Assembly: GCF_902713615.1 (NCBI RefSeq)
Contig: NC_052162.1
Coordinates: 130,596,653-130,660,652 of the forward strand
Length of the DNA stretch: 64,000 nucleotides
Direction: 5' to 3'
Origin: Scyliorhinus canicula
Lineage: Eukaryota
The notes under the pieces are model-generated. The model saw only the letters and a program-made list of their open reading frames with translations. It did no database searches and was not told where the DNA came from. Made by a program: the position numbers and the translations under genes. Shown piece after piece: positions 47,690 to 61,828 of the stretch. How positions within the stretch are numbered: position 1 is the first letter of the stretch; every line of letters begins with the position of its first letter.

Positions 47690-49672
47690 ACTGAGTGTGC
47701 TGGAATCTGAAACAAAAACAGAAAATACTGGACAATCTCCGCATGTCTGACAGCCTCTGTGGAGCGAGAAGGGAGCTAATGTTTCGAGTCTGGATGACTC
47801 TGTCAAAGTTAGAGAGAACTGGATATAGGGTCAGATTTATACTTGGGAGGCGGGGTGGTGAGAGCGGTGGAGCTGAATCGGCGGCCAGCGATAGGTGGAG
47901 ATAGACAAACATGTCGAGGGCAGAAGATAAAAGGAATGAAAATGGAGGAGATTAAGGCTATGGAAGGATGCTGATAGTGGCGCATAAAGAGATTAAAATG
48001 TGTTAATGGCAGAGCAAAGGTGAGCAGTGTATAAAGGGCAGCTAGGAACAGTTGGCCCAAGTGAAGTAGGGAAAGGGGTATAATGGTGAGGGGGAAACAT
48101 TAATGGAAGAAATGAAAACAAATTGATAGAAATAAAAATGGGGTAAAGGTGGAGAGAGTTCACAGTCTGAATTTGTTGAACTCAATGTTACGTCAGGAAG
48201 GCTGTAACATGCCTAATCGGAAGATGAGGTGTTGGTCCTCCAGTTTGCGCTGGGCTTCACTGGAACATTACAGCAGGCCAAGGATGGACATGTGAACGTG
48301 AGAGCAGGATGGTGAATTGAAATGGCAAGCGACAGGAAGCGACTGGTTCCTGCTTGCGGACAGACTGGAGGTGTTCTGCAAAGCAGTCACCCAGTCTGTT
48401 TTGTCTCTCCGATGTAGAGTAGAGTGGACTACTCTGGGAGCAGCGAATGCAATAGATCAAATTGAAGGAAGTGCACGTGAAGCGCTGCCTTTCTTGAAAA
48501 GAGTGTTTAGGGCCTGAGATGATGAGCAGAGAGGAGGTAGAGGGGCAGGTGTTACACCTTCTGCGATTGCATGGGAAGGTGCAGTGAGTAGAGGGTGAGA
48601 TGTTGGGGGTGATGGAGGAGTGGACCAGGGTATCCCAGGGGGAACTGCCCCTGTGAAATGCTGACAGGGGGAGTGAGGGGAAGATGTGTTTGGTGGTGGA
48701 ATCATGCTGGAGTTGGCGGAACTGGCGGAGGATGATTCTTTGAATCCAGAGGCTGCTGGGGTGAAATGTGAGGACAAGGTGCCCTTACCCTGGTTCTGGG
48801 AGGGAGGAGAGGGAATTTGAGAAGAGGTGTGGGAGATGGGTTGGACACAGCCGAGAACCCTGTTGACCACAGTGGGTGGGAAGCCATGGTTGAAGTAAAA
48901 TGAAGACATGTCAGCAGCACTGTTTTGGAAAGTGGCATCATCTGAACAGAAGCTAAGGAACTGAGAGAATGGGATGGAGTCCTTACAGGCTGGGGTGTGA
49001 AGGGCTGTGCCCGAGGTAGCTGTGGGAGCCGTTAGGTTTGTAATGGATATTAGTGGACAGACTATCTCAGAAATTGAAATAGAAAGATCAAGGAAGAGAA
49101 GGGAAGTGCCTGAGATGACCACGTGAAGGTGATAGAGGGGTGGAAATTGGAAGCGAAGTTAATAAATTTTTCCCGGTCCAAACGGAACATAAAACGGTAT
49201 CAAAACAGTCGGCGATGTACTGATAAAAGAGTTGTGGGATGGAGCCGGAGTAGGACTGGAACAAGGAATGTTCCACGTACCCCATGAAGACACAGGCTAA
49301 ACTGGGACCCATGCGAGTACCCATAGCCACACCTTGGGTTTGGAGGAAATGAGACATGTTAAAGGAGAAATTGTTCAGTGAGAGGCCAAGATCAGCCAGA
49401 CGGAGGAGAGTGTTGGAAGATGGGGGATTGTTCAGGTCTCTGTTAGAGGAAGAAGTCGAGAGCCCTCAGACCATCCTGGGGGGGAATAGAGGTCTCGAGG
49501 GATTGGACATCCATGGTAAAGAGGAGGCACTTAGGGCCGGGGAACTGGAAATGGTTGATATGGTGTGGGGCATTGGAGAAATCACGGATGTAGGTTGGAA
49601 GAGACTGGACAAGAGGAGAGAGTATGGAGTCAAGATAGGAAGAAATGAAATCGGTGGGGCAGGAACAGGCTG
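47690..49672 (-). mobile_element. Second Penelope-like family: decayed RT, GIY-YIG and 3' repeat
   Basis: FTMDVQSL.TSIP, Q.QGVAMGTRMGPSLA and IYCIRC..RLGD.FAEHL. Hammerhead-like remnant at 47774-47810. Confidence 0.88.
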
Positions 49673-51560
49673 ACAAAAAGGTACCTCATAAAAGTATGAC
49701 CACTCAACCCGACAAAACGCCTTCTCCGCGTCCATGAATATTAGCACCCCCATCAGGGGCATCATCACCGCATTTAACAACCTCCTAATATTAGACGATA
49801 ACTGTCGCCCCTTCGACTTCCGTTGGTGGCCATGGAGTGACACATTTGATTGGCTCATTCAGTCCCATCATATTCCATTATGAGACCAGTCTAGTTCCCC
49901 CCACCCTGATCAGCCATGTCAAAATCCTAATGGACTCCTCCAAGTCCCTACCTCGCCCACCTCTCGGCCAACCCAGGATGGCCACTGCCAACCCCCCTCC
50001 ATTCAATTAGTCCGTAAAGAAACCTTTAACACCCTCCAGGCGCTCGCCACGGCAGTGCTCCCATCCCTCCCGACGAAACATACATCCTGCCCAGTGGTGT
50101 TAACTACATTGAGGACATGGAACCAGATGAAGCAACATTTCGGCTTGACCAAGATGTCCCCCATAGTCTCCATCTGCGGAAACCATAAATTCCCACCAGC
50201 CATTCTCGACACCACCTTCAATAAATGGAACGGGGGGGGGACACTAACAGTTAGGGACTTGTACATGGGAGACAGACTAGCGACACTGAGCGAGCTGACG
50301 GAGGACCTGGAACTACCGACAGGACAGGAACCTAGACACCTCCAGGTAAAGCACTTTCTCCGCAAAGAGACTAGAGAACCTGATAAACACGGACAGGAAG
50401 GAAGGGGGAAACTGCGGGAAAATATATGGACAGCTGCTGGACAGGGTGAGACTGCCACTGGACAAAGCCAGTTGAGAAATGGGGGACAGAAGTGGGCTGG
50501 GGACTCTGGAGCGAAGCACTGAGCAGGGCCAAATTCACCTCCTCCTGCACAAGGCTTAGCCTCATGCAGCTTAAAGTAGTGTGCAGAGTGCACCTAACCA
50601 GAACCCGAATGAACAGGTTCTTCCCGGAGGTGGAGGATAAATGTGAGCGGTGCCAGACGGGCCCGGCCAACCACACCCACATGTTCTGCGCTTGTCCCAG
50701 ACTTGTGGGGTTCCAGATAGCCTTCTTCAAGGCAATGTCCAAGGTTGTGAGGGTGGAGCTGTGCCCGAGAATGGCAATCTTTGGGGCATCGAAACAGCCA
50801 GAACTACACATGGGGAAGAGGGCTTACGCCCTTGCTTTAGCTTCCCTAATCGCACGCCGGAGAATCCTGCTCGACTGGCGATCAGCAGCACCACCCACAG
50901 CTGCAGACTGGCTGGCAGACCTGGCCGAAGTTCTCCATCTGGAGAAGATCAAGTACACCATCCGAGGATCGGAAGAAGGCTTCCTCAAAGCATTGCTGTT
51001 GAGGAATTTGTTGGCTTGCTCCAAGACCTGTTCGAGGCCAACAGCGACTAGGGAAAAAATTGAGAGACGGGAGAGAGCAGACAGAGATACACACTTCTGA
51101 AATCCAAAAATGTTCAGGTTCAGTGGATTGGCCATGCTAAATTGCCCTCAGTGTCCAAAAAAAAGGTTCAGAGGGGTTTTTGGGCTACGGGGATAGGGTG
51201 GAAGTGAGGGCTTAAGTCAGTCGGTGCAGACTCGATGGGCCGAATGGCCTCCTTCTGCACTGTATATTCTGTGTTAAGAGGTACAAAGGGAAAGTGGGGA
51301 GGAAGAGAGGGGGAATCTCAGGGGAACCACAGGAGGAAGCGTGGGGGAGGGGGGGGGAGTAGCCCTCCTCCCCGAACCCACAAGGCTGCAACAGAAACCA
51401 CAAAAGGAAAGAGGAAAACAAGGGTCAGGGGGGGGGGTCAGGGAGAGGAAACATCAAGAACGGTTGTATGTGCATAAGAACTGCATAAACTGAACATTGG
51501 ACGCAAAGCTTTATTATGTGAAATTGAAAATGCCAATAAAAGATTGTTTTAAAAACAAAA
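49673..51560 (+). mobile_element. Rearranged L1/Tx1-like element (inverted RT piece, 5' cap sequence, ORF2 3' part)
   Basis: DAEKAF.RVEW on minus at 49673-49815, gacttccgttggtggccatgg at 49816, ORF2 C-terminus at 50055-51100. Confidence 0.8.
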
Positions 51561-52059
51561 CCTTTTACGTCAGCAGCACATCCCTCCTGCCTTCCCCACC
51601 CCCTAAACCTTTCCCCGTCCTACGCAAAGAAAATCCTACCGCCCAGGCTCACTATCCCAACCCAAACAAAAATGAACGAGAACAGAAAAATACAACCTCA
51701 CCCCCACCAATAGCCAGTGTTTTTGCTAGCAGGCTGACCCCTCACCCCCCATCTGTGGCTGAAAATAAATTGTATTTACAAAAAGACCCATATAATCCCC
51801 CCCCCCCCCGACTTTAAACCTTACTTCAAACTCGCACCACCAAACCCCTTCACCCCCACATCAACCCTCACATCACCACCCTCACCACACCTCAACAAAT
51901 GTTTCACACCCCCAATGCCCACGCCCCACACGCAGGGTGGCAGATCTTACAAAACCCTAAAACTATACAAAGTCAATGAAAAGTAGCAAGAGACACAAAC
52001 AAGCCCTCAGCCCGCTGACTACTATTGCACAGCTCAACTGCACAGGTGAACCCACCCAA

Positions 52060-53713
52060 AATCCTCAATTGTCCTCCAGTCCATGGTCCTTTATAAAGTT
52101 GTTCGCCTCCTCCGACGTATCAAAATAATGTTCCCGTCCCCCGTGCGTGACCCACAAGCGAGCCGGGTACATCATGCCAAATCGCACCTTGCTCCTGAAA
52201 AGAGCAGGCACTTAAACCCGGCCCTTCTCCTGGCCAGCTCCACTCCCAGGTTTTGACAGAAACGGGCAATATGGCTTTCCCAGCTACATTCACTGGCCTC
52301 CTTTGCCCACCTCAGGATCTTTTCCTTGTCCCTCAGTTCTCCCTCAGTGTACTCGAACAGGCGCCGGAGTGTGGCGACTGGGAGATTTTCACAATAACTT
52401 CATTGCAGTGTTCATGTAAGCCTACTTGTGACACTGGTAAAGATTATTATTATTATTTTAGTAAACTTAGAGTACCCAATTCATTTTTTCCAATTAAGGG
52501 GCAATTTAGCATGGCCAATCCACCTACCCTGCACATTTTTGGGTTGTGGGGATGAAACCCACGCAAACACGGGGTGAATGTGCAAACTCCACACGGACAA
52601 TGACCCAGAGCTGGGATCGAACCTGGGACCTCGGCGCCGTGAGACTACAGGGCTAACCCACTGCGGATAACTATTATAAATTGCCTGTGGTGGTTCCCCA
52701 GCTCTCAGCTTCTTCCTCAAAGACTGATGAGCCCGGTCCACTTCAGGAGGGCAGTCAAAGACCCCTCCTCCACCGACTGCTCGAACAGTAATCCTCAATG
52801 CCTTCGGGCAGCCGCACGATCCTCAGATTCCGCCTACTTGAGATGTTCATCAAGTCTTTGATCTTGTCCTTCAGATGATGACTGTCCAACTTCATCAACA
52901 TTTCTGCCTCCAAAGAGACAATCCGATCCTCGTGGTCAGCAACCGTCTCCTTGACCCATGTGGATCACCACGTTCTGGGTCATCAGCCGCTGTTCGGGGC
53001 AGCACGGTAGCATGGTGGTTAGCATAAATGCTTCACAGCTCCAGGGTCCCAGGTTCGGTTCCCGGCTGGGTCACTGTCTGTGCGGAGTCTGCACGTCCTC
53101 CCCGTGTGTGCGTGGGTTTCCTCCGGGTGCTCCGGTTTCCTCCCACAGTCCAAAGATGTGCGGGTTAGGTGGATTGGCCATGCTAAATTGTCCGTAGTGT
53201 CCTAAAAAGTAAGGTTAAGGGGGGGGTTGTTGGGTTACGGGTATAGGGTGGATACGTGGGTTTGAATAGGGTGATCATGGCTCGGCACAACATCGAGGGC
53301 CGAAGGGCCTGTTCTGTGCTGTATCGTTCTATGTTCTATGTTCCACCCTCTCCAAGGCAGCCCGAATTGGTTCTGCCACTCTTGCCAAGTCCTCCATGAC
53401 CGCCAGCTTTTGTTTCTTAGGTTGGGCCAAATGGAACTCGACCAATTTCTCCGTCGACACTTTGCGGGCAACCATGCCACAGGTCTTTCCTTCATCTTTT
53501 CCCCTCCTCCAGGTCCAAAGAATGCCCCTTGCTCACTCCTTGTCTGGTAACTCTTCAGCATCACCCATCTGAGATGAAAACCGGTTTCCTCAATATCATC
53601 AGTTTTCCATCTGCACCACCCCCGTAAAAAGGGGCAAAAAATGTCAAAGACCCAGTCTGGAGGCAGGAGCCACCCTATGCGACCATTCACTCCATGGCCG
53701 CCACTGGAAGTCG
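52060..53713 (-). mobile_element. L1/Tx1-like 5'UTR and ORF1 remnant with nested SINEs
   Basis: Reverse complement of gacttccagtggcggccatgg ends at about 53712. ORF1-like RFGMMYPARLWVT on minus at about 52145-52190. Confidence 0.75.
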
Positions 53714-54959
53714 ATGCCGGAATGCAGCGACTAGGGGCTTTTTACAGTAACTTCATTGAAGCCTACTTGTGTCAATAAGCGAACTATTACTATAATTATT
53801 ATTATTAATTTCAGTAACCTGCACTAAACATCCCACAAATCCAACTCCTGTTCCCTTTGGAGGGGGAATAATTTCTGAGGAGTTCCTTACAATATCCAGG
53901 AAATTAAAATCTAACTAAAAACAATTACATTCAGAAAGAAGATAACAGTATTTGAAAAATAAATTTAGAATACCTAATTATTTTTATTTTTCCAATTAAG
54001 GGTCAATTTAGCGTGGCCAATCCACTTACCCTGCACATCTTTGAGTTGCAGGGGTGAAACCCACGCAGACACGGGGAGAATGTGCAAACTCCACACGGAC
54101 AGTGACCCAGAGCCGGGATCAAGCCCGGGTCCTCGGTGCCGTGAGGCAGCAGTGCTAACCACGGTGGAGATGGTGATGGAGATCCTTGTAGAGACACAAA
54201 TCTAGGAAAACATTAACACACACATCACTAAGTATGGACTGATAAGGGCAGCACGGTGGCGCAGTGGTAGCACTGGCTTTTAATAACGCCGGCTGCAAGC
54301 GGCCTTTATAATGGCCACGAACATATAAAAAAAATTTGGCCACATGCGCAGTGCTGCCGCTATTTTTTTTAATGGTTGCAGCTTTTTATTTTACAAGTTC
54401 GGGGGGCTATATTAATTTGTTTTATTCATTTTTTTTTTACAAGTTTGGGGGGGGTTATTCATTTATTTTATTCATTTAATTATTATTTTTTTCATTTATT
54501 TTATTAATTTTTTTTTTTACAAGTTATGGGGGTTTATTTGATGAAATTTTACAGGAAAAAAATGCACAACTTTGGACAGATGGAGACTCCATACTTCACA
54601 CGGGAAGGCTTCACTTTCATCCAACAGGTTCCATTGGAGGAGCGTGTTCGAGGGCCAAAGGGACCCAAACCACATTTCCTCCATTTTTGTCAGCAGCAAA
54701 CAAGGTAAGAGAAAATGGTGGGTCGCTCAGGTCGGCCGGGTTGGGTCCTGAAGGTTGGCCAGTTGGTAAAAATGGGTCCCCGGAAAAAAAGTTTGCAGGA
54801 CACTGGAATAGAGGGATATGGCACGAGGAAGTACTGAGGGTTTTGGCCAAGGATGGTATCATGGCCTGTACAGGCTTGGAGGGCCGAAGGGCCTGTCCCT
54901 GTGTTTTTGTCTTTATTCATTCAATGGGGGAGGGGGTGGAGAATGTACTGTCTCCTGAG

Positions 54960-55355
54960 TGACCAAACGAGCGTCCCGCGCAGGCGCAATACTGGGCAGT
55001 GACTGGAACATGGGCAGTGACTGGAACATGCGCAGTGCCGGTTCTGACGGGAGCATGCGCAGTCCGGATGTCCCTGGAGCTCTCGGAAGGCGCTGAAAGG
55101 TGTCGACCGCAGGCGAGCAAACGGAGTCGGTGAGTGGGGAGGAATGTCGGCGGCGGACTTGGAAGCAAGGCTTCTTAAACACCTAGTGGTGGGGCTGAAA
55201 CAGGGAATGCGAGGTTCCCGCTCCCGGGGATGCACTAAGTGAGGGAGTGGTGTCTGCGGCCCTCTCCTTGGAGTCCGACCCGAGTTAACGGCCGCCATCT
55301 TGAGAGGGTCAATGTGCAGCAGAGCGCATGCGCGGTGACCCCTCTCCCCTCAGCA
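54960..55355 (+). promoter_or_regulatory. CpG promoter and exon 1 upstream of ZF5/ZF6, with intronic YY1+NRF1 module
   Basis: Repeated catgcgcagt, donor CG|GTGAGT at 55130, GCCGCCATCTTG at 55291, GCGCATGCGC at 55324. Confidence 0.75.
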
Positions 55356-55515
55356 GGCAGAAGGAATGAGTGATGGATTCTGGAAACTCCTTTACACGGA
55401 GGGGGGAAGGGAGGGGAGGATTAGAAAGGGGAAGAACAGCAAACTGGAACCAAGAGGAATGTTTGTCTCCTCTCAAACTCCATTATATAGATGCTTAACA
55501 CTTCCTACAGATTGG

Positions 55516-55727
55516 GGCCATGATGTGGAGATGCCGGCGTTGGACAGGGCTGGGCTCAGTAAGAAGTCTTACAACACCAGGTTAAAGTCCAACAGGTTTG
55601 TTTGGAATCACTAGCTTTCGGAGTGCAGCTCTTCAACATTCACCTGATGAATGAGCTGCGCTCCGAAAGCTCGTGATTCACAACAAACCTGTTGGACTTC
55701 AACCTGCTGTTGTGAGACCTCTTGCTG
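55516..55727. mobile_element. Penelope-derived fold-back element 4
   Basis: About 75-bp diverged arms, tail on the left. 10-bp TSD tacagattgg at 55506-55515 and 55728-55737. Confidence 0.85.
55640..55676 (+). ncRNA. Minimal hammerhead ribozyme motif
   Basis: tcac-CTGATGA-a-tgagc(tgc)gctcc-GAAA-gc-TC-gtga, one mismatch at the base of helix II. Confidence 0.65.
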
Positions 55728-57240
55728 TACAGATTGGAGGGCAGCTAATGTAATCCGACCATTTTAAAAAGGGCGGTCGAAAGAAAACAGGGAATTATGG
55801 GCAGGTCCACCCGAGGGCATAGTGGGGGAAATTCTGAGTCAATAATAGAAGATTTGATAGCAGAGCACTTGGAAAACAGTGGCACGATCGGACAGAGTCA
55901 GCATGGATTTGGAAAAGGGAAAACATGCTTGACAAATCTTAAGAATTCTTAGAACATGTAACTAGTAGAGTGTTTTAAAAATAAATTTAGAGTATTCAAT
56001 TATTTTTTTTTCCAATTAAGGGGCAACTTTAGTGTAGCCAATCCACCTAGCCTGCACATCTTTGGGTTGTGGGGATGAAACCCACGCAGACACTGGGAGA
56101 ACGTGCAAACTCCACACGGACAGTGACCCAGGGCCGGGATTCGAACCCGGGTCCTCCGCGCTGTAGTCCCAGTGCTAACCACTGTGCCCATGTGCCACCC
56201 TGGAACTAGGAGAGTTGATGAGAGGAGCCAGTGCATGTGGCTTATTTGGACTTTTAGAAGGCTTTCAACAATGTCCCACATAAGATATTAGCGTGTAAAC
56301 TAATGTTCATGTGATTGGGGGGAGTGTATTGAGATTGATAGAAAACTGGTTAGTAGATAGGAAACAAAGAGTGGAAATAAACGGGTATTTTTCCAAATGG
56401 CAGGCAGTGACAAGTGGGGTACCGCAGGGATCAGTACTAAGACTCCGGCAGTTCACAGTGATTTTGATGAGGGAACTAAATGTAATATCTCTAAATTTGC
56501 AAATGACACAAAGGTGGGTGGGCCGTTGAGCTCTGAGGAGGATGCAGACATGCTTCAGTGCGATTTTGGATCAGGTGAGTGAGTGAGAAAATGCATGGCA
56601 GATGCTTTATAACATGAACACATATGAGGTTATATACTTGGGAGCAAAAACTGGAAAGCAGATTATTATCTGTATAGCTATAGATTGAGAGTGGGGAATG
56701 TGCAACTTGACCTGGGTGTCCTTGTGCACAAATTGCTGAAGGTAAGCATGCAGATGCAGCAGACGATGAAGAAGGTAACCGATATGTTGGCCTTCATAGT
56801 GAGAGGATTTGAGTACAGGAGGCGGGATGTCTTGCTGCAGTTATACAAGGTCTTGGTGAGACCCCATCTGGAATATTGTGTGCAGTTATACAGGATCTCC
56901 TTATCTGAAGAAGGATGATCTTGCTGTGGGGAGAGTGTAGCGAATGTTTACCAGACTGATTCCTGGGATGGTCGGAGCGGTGTATGAGGATGTTGAGTCG
57001 GTTAGGATTCTAATCACTGGAGCTTGGACAAATATGGGGGAGGGGAATCTCACAGAAACCCATAGTCTCGTTAGAATTTTAGACAGGGTAGATGCAGGAA
57101 GGGCATTTCTTACGGTGGGGGAGTCCAGAACCAGGAGTCGCAGTCTGAGGTTACGGGGTAGATCATTTAGGGCTACGTTGAGGAGAAATTTCTTCACCCA
57201 GAGAGTAGTGAGCCTACCACAAAGTAGTTCAGGCCAAAAT
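55728..57240 (+). mobile_element. Decayed CR1 ORF2
   Basis: [22 protein letters not shown] and RRNFFTQRVV motifs. Confidence 0.85.
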
Positions 57241-58344
57241 GAGGCATGCAGGGCACTATGTCAGCAGACCCAAGCTTTTGTGATGTACATTTACACACAG
57301 CACAGCTTCAGCTGGCCACATGCTTGAGTGAACTTTGTCTGTTTGTGCTTTCCATGTGTTCCTGGTGAACATGTCCTTTCACAGCCTCACACACCACCAG
57401 GCTAATGGGACAATACAAAATCTCAAAAAACGCAAAACCATCTCCAGCTTATCAGCTACCGTCATCTCAATACACCAAAAGAAAAATAACATGTAGATGT
57501 TATAGGCCAAGGGTTTTAGTGGCAAAGTAGAGCGAGAGAGGCAGCTTTCAAAAATCAAACTCCCATTATAGCTCATAATAATCGTGTTAACCGTTGATTC
57601 TCCACATCAGGCGGTCTTAGTGATCTGCAGTTAAAAGCTGCAGGGATTGCAGTGGTTCAAACTTCCCAAGGGCAATTAGGGATGGGCAATAAATGCTGCC
57701 CCCAGCCAGCGAAATCCACATCCCATAAATGAATAAAAGAAAGCTCAGCTTGGGCTGAAATATGACAGGATTGTGAACAGTCTGGTTCAGCATTAAAGTT
57801 GTAAGAGAGATGAATGGTATTGATGTTTAGTGAGTGGGGACTGAAGACAATGCCTTTGGTCTTCCCAATATTGAAATGGAGGAATTTTCTGTTCATCCAG
57901 CAGACAAGTCAGGACGGAGTGTGATGGAGAGGAACTTTTTTTTTCATTTTTATAAATTTAAGAATACCCAATTTTTCCAATTAAGAGGCAATTTAACGTG
58001 GCCAATCCACCTACCCTGCACATTGTTGGATTTTGGGGGCAAAACCTGCGCAGACACGACTGGAGGGGATCTTGGAGGTGATGCTGTTCACATACACCTG
58101 CTACCCTTCTGTCAAAGTTCCAAAGTTGAAATATTCAATCTGCCCCGACCATTTGACAGGCTCCCTTCCCTGAAGGACATCAGTGAGCCATGACAATCTT
58201 TTATGACAATCCAGTAGTTTCCATGATCACTTTTTCCCAGTGCCGACCCCACAAATGACCAGATTCATTCAGCTCAATATCACAACCTGCCTTCGTGTTT
58301 TTGTGGGTTCTCTCACTTTTTTCTGTTTCAGATCAGTTTCACAG

Positions 58345-59397
<1,053 letters not shown>

Positions 59398-59772
59398 TTA
59401 CCACAAAATAAATGAAGTAACGGCACAGAATGAGGTTAATTATGTGCCGAAGACACTAATGGGAGTAGTCTATGGGCGCCCTGACAGGTGCTATACTGTT
59501 GGACGGAGAATAAATCAAAAGATAAATGAGGGCATGTAAAAAAAATAGATGAAGACCAGACTCTTGTGACAGTCTAGAGCTGGTGACAGGTTCCTCTCCC
59601 TGAAGAACATTAATCAACCAGTTGGGTTTTTATGACAATCCAGCATGGTCACTCTTTCCTCATTCTGGCGCCACAAATGATCAGATTCATTCAGCTCAAT
59701 TTCACAACCTGCCTTTGTCTTTTTGTTGGTTCTCTCTCACTCCCTATTTTCTGTTTTAAATCAATTTCACAG

Positions 59773-60901
59773 GGTATTAGAAGGGGAGGGTTTCAGGGCA
59801 GCACGATGGGGCAGTGGTTGGCACAGCTACCTCACGGTGCCGAGGTCCCAGGTTCGATCCCGGCTCTGGGTCACTGTCCGGGTGGAATTTGAACATTCTC
59901 CCCGTCTTTGCGTCGGTTTCGCCCCCACAACCCAAAGATGTGCAGGGTAGGTGGATTGGCCATGCTAAATTGCCCTTTAATTGGAAAAAATGAATTGGGT
60001 ACTCTAAATTTATATTTAAAACAAAGAAGGAGGATTTGCAGTCGGGAAACTCAAACCAAATATAGTCGCCCAATTTATTGTAACCTGAATATCATCAGAA
60101 TTTGAACATGGAAGAAAAAAGCACCATTCACAGTTGGGACAAACCGCACACGTGTTCTGTGTGTGGACGAGGCTTCAGCCGATCATCTGACCTGTCGAGG
60201 CTCAAGCGCAATCACCCACGAAAAATCATGGAACTGTGAGGACTGTGGGAAGGGATTCAGTTACCCATCTGAACTGTAAACACATCGACGCAGTCACACG
60301 GGGAGAGGCTGTTCACCTGCTCTTGTGTGCGGGAATGGATTCGCTAAGTCAAATAACCTGTTGAAACATCTACGATTTCACACTGGGGAGAGACCGTTCA
60401 CCTGCTCTGTCTGCGGGAAACAATTCACTCAGTCATCACAACTCCTCCAAAACCAGCGGGTTCACACTGACGAGAGGCCTTTTAAATGCCCAGAGTGTGG
60501 GAAGTGCTATAAAAGTTCCTGGGAACTGAAATCCCACCAACGTGTACACACTGAAGAGAGACATTTTAAATGCCTGGCCTGTGGGAAGTGCTTTAAAAGT
60601 ACCAGTGAACTGATGCTTCATCAACGTGCTCACACTGACGAGAGACCGTTCAGGTGCTCTCACTGTGGGGCTGGCTTCAGGCAATCGTCTCAACTTTCTG
60701 CACACCAGCGCATTCACACTCAGGGAAAGAACATCCACCTGCTCCCAGTGTGGAAAAGAATTCACTCAGTCATCCACACTGCTAAGACACCAGGGAGTTC
60801 ACACTGGGGAGAGACCATTCATCTGCTCGGAGTGTAGGAAGAGATTCACTCAGACATCCCACATACTGAAACACCAGCAAGTTCACAAGAAACTACAGTG
60901 A
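59773..60901 (+). pseudogene. ZF6: disrupted C2H2 zinc-finger exon
   Basis: Acceptor at 59772. SINE inserted at 59796-60022. TAA at about 60277. Frameshifts near 60300 and 60725. AATAAA at about 61016. Confidence 0.8.
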
Positions 60902-61828
60902 TTCGACTTTGTTGTTAGTCACATCCAGGGAGCAATAATGTTAACTGGGGTCTTTTCTGCTGATGTTATGGAGGTACACCCCAGGTATAGGTGTTAACCG
61001 TCTCGATAAAAGTGAAATAAATTAATATTGTGTTAAACAGTGTGTGTTGAATCTTTTTAATATCTCAAACACAGGTTTGTTCCATTTGAAGGGCTCCCGC
61101 TCTCACCTGTCTCCTCCATCCTCCCCTCCAACAAGTGTGAGGAGCTCATGGAGCTTCTCTGTCACTAAGATTGAGACAATCTGATCAAACTGTCTCCAAA
61201 TTTCCCTCTTGCCTGGCCTTAACAGATGTATTTCTCCAGTTTCTCTATCTCCTTCCCTCTCGGAGCACATCTTGTTTATAATCTTTATTATTGGCACAAG
61301 TAGGTTTACATTAACACCGCAATGAAATCACTGTGAATAGTGATTTCCACACTCCGGCACCTGTTCGGAAACACAGAGAGAGAATTCAGAATGTCCAATT
61401 CACCTAACAGCACATCTTTCGGGACTTGTGCGAGGCACCCAGTGGAAACCCACGCAGACACTGGGAGAACGTGCAGACTCCACAGACAGTGACCCAAGCG
61501 GGAATTAAACAGGGATCCTGGCGCTGTGAAGCAACAGTGCTAACCACTGTACTACTGTGGCAACCATTCATGAGACACATTTGAGACTCTATTCCCACTA
61601 AACCGCTTGATTCCCCCTTTCATTCCTGTGTTATCTTTAGACTTGCTAATTCCACTGCACCAGGAGAACTTCCCTGTGAACTCTCCTGAGCTGAGAAGGG
61701 AGCTGATTGAGCTGTCGGGCCTGCAGGGTATCTTGAAGTCTGGGATCTTTCCTCTTCATTCAGACTCCCAGCTGAAGTTGTTTCCACAGTAAAATAGTAA
61801 ACTTTGAATACCAATCCCAATTTAATCT

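Noticed and set aside
57440-57460. miR-21-like agcttatcag
   Set aside because: Only 10 nt match and no precursor hairpin.
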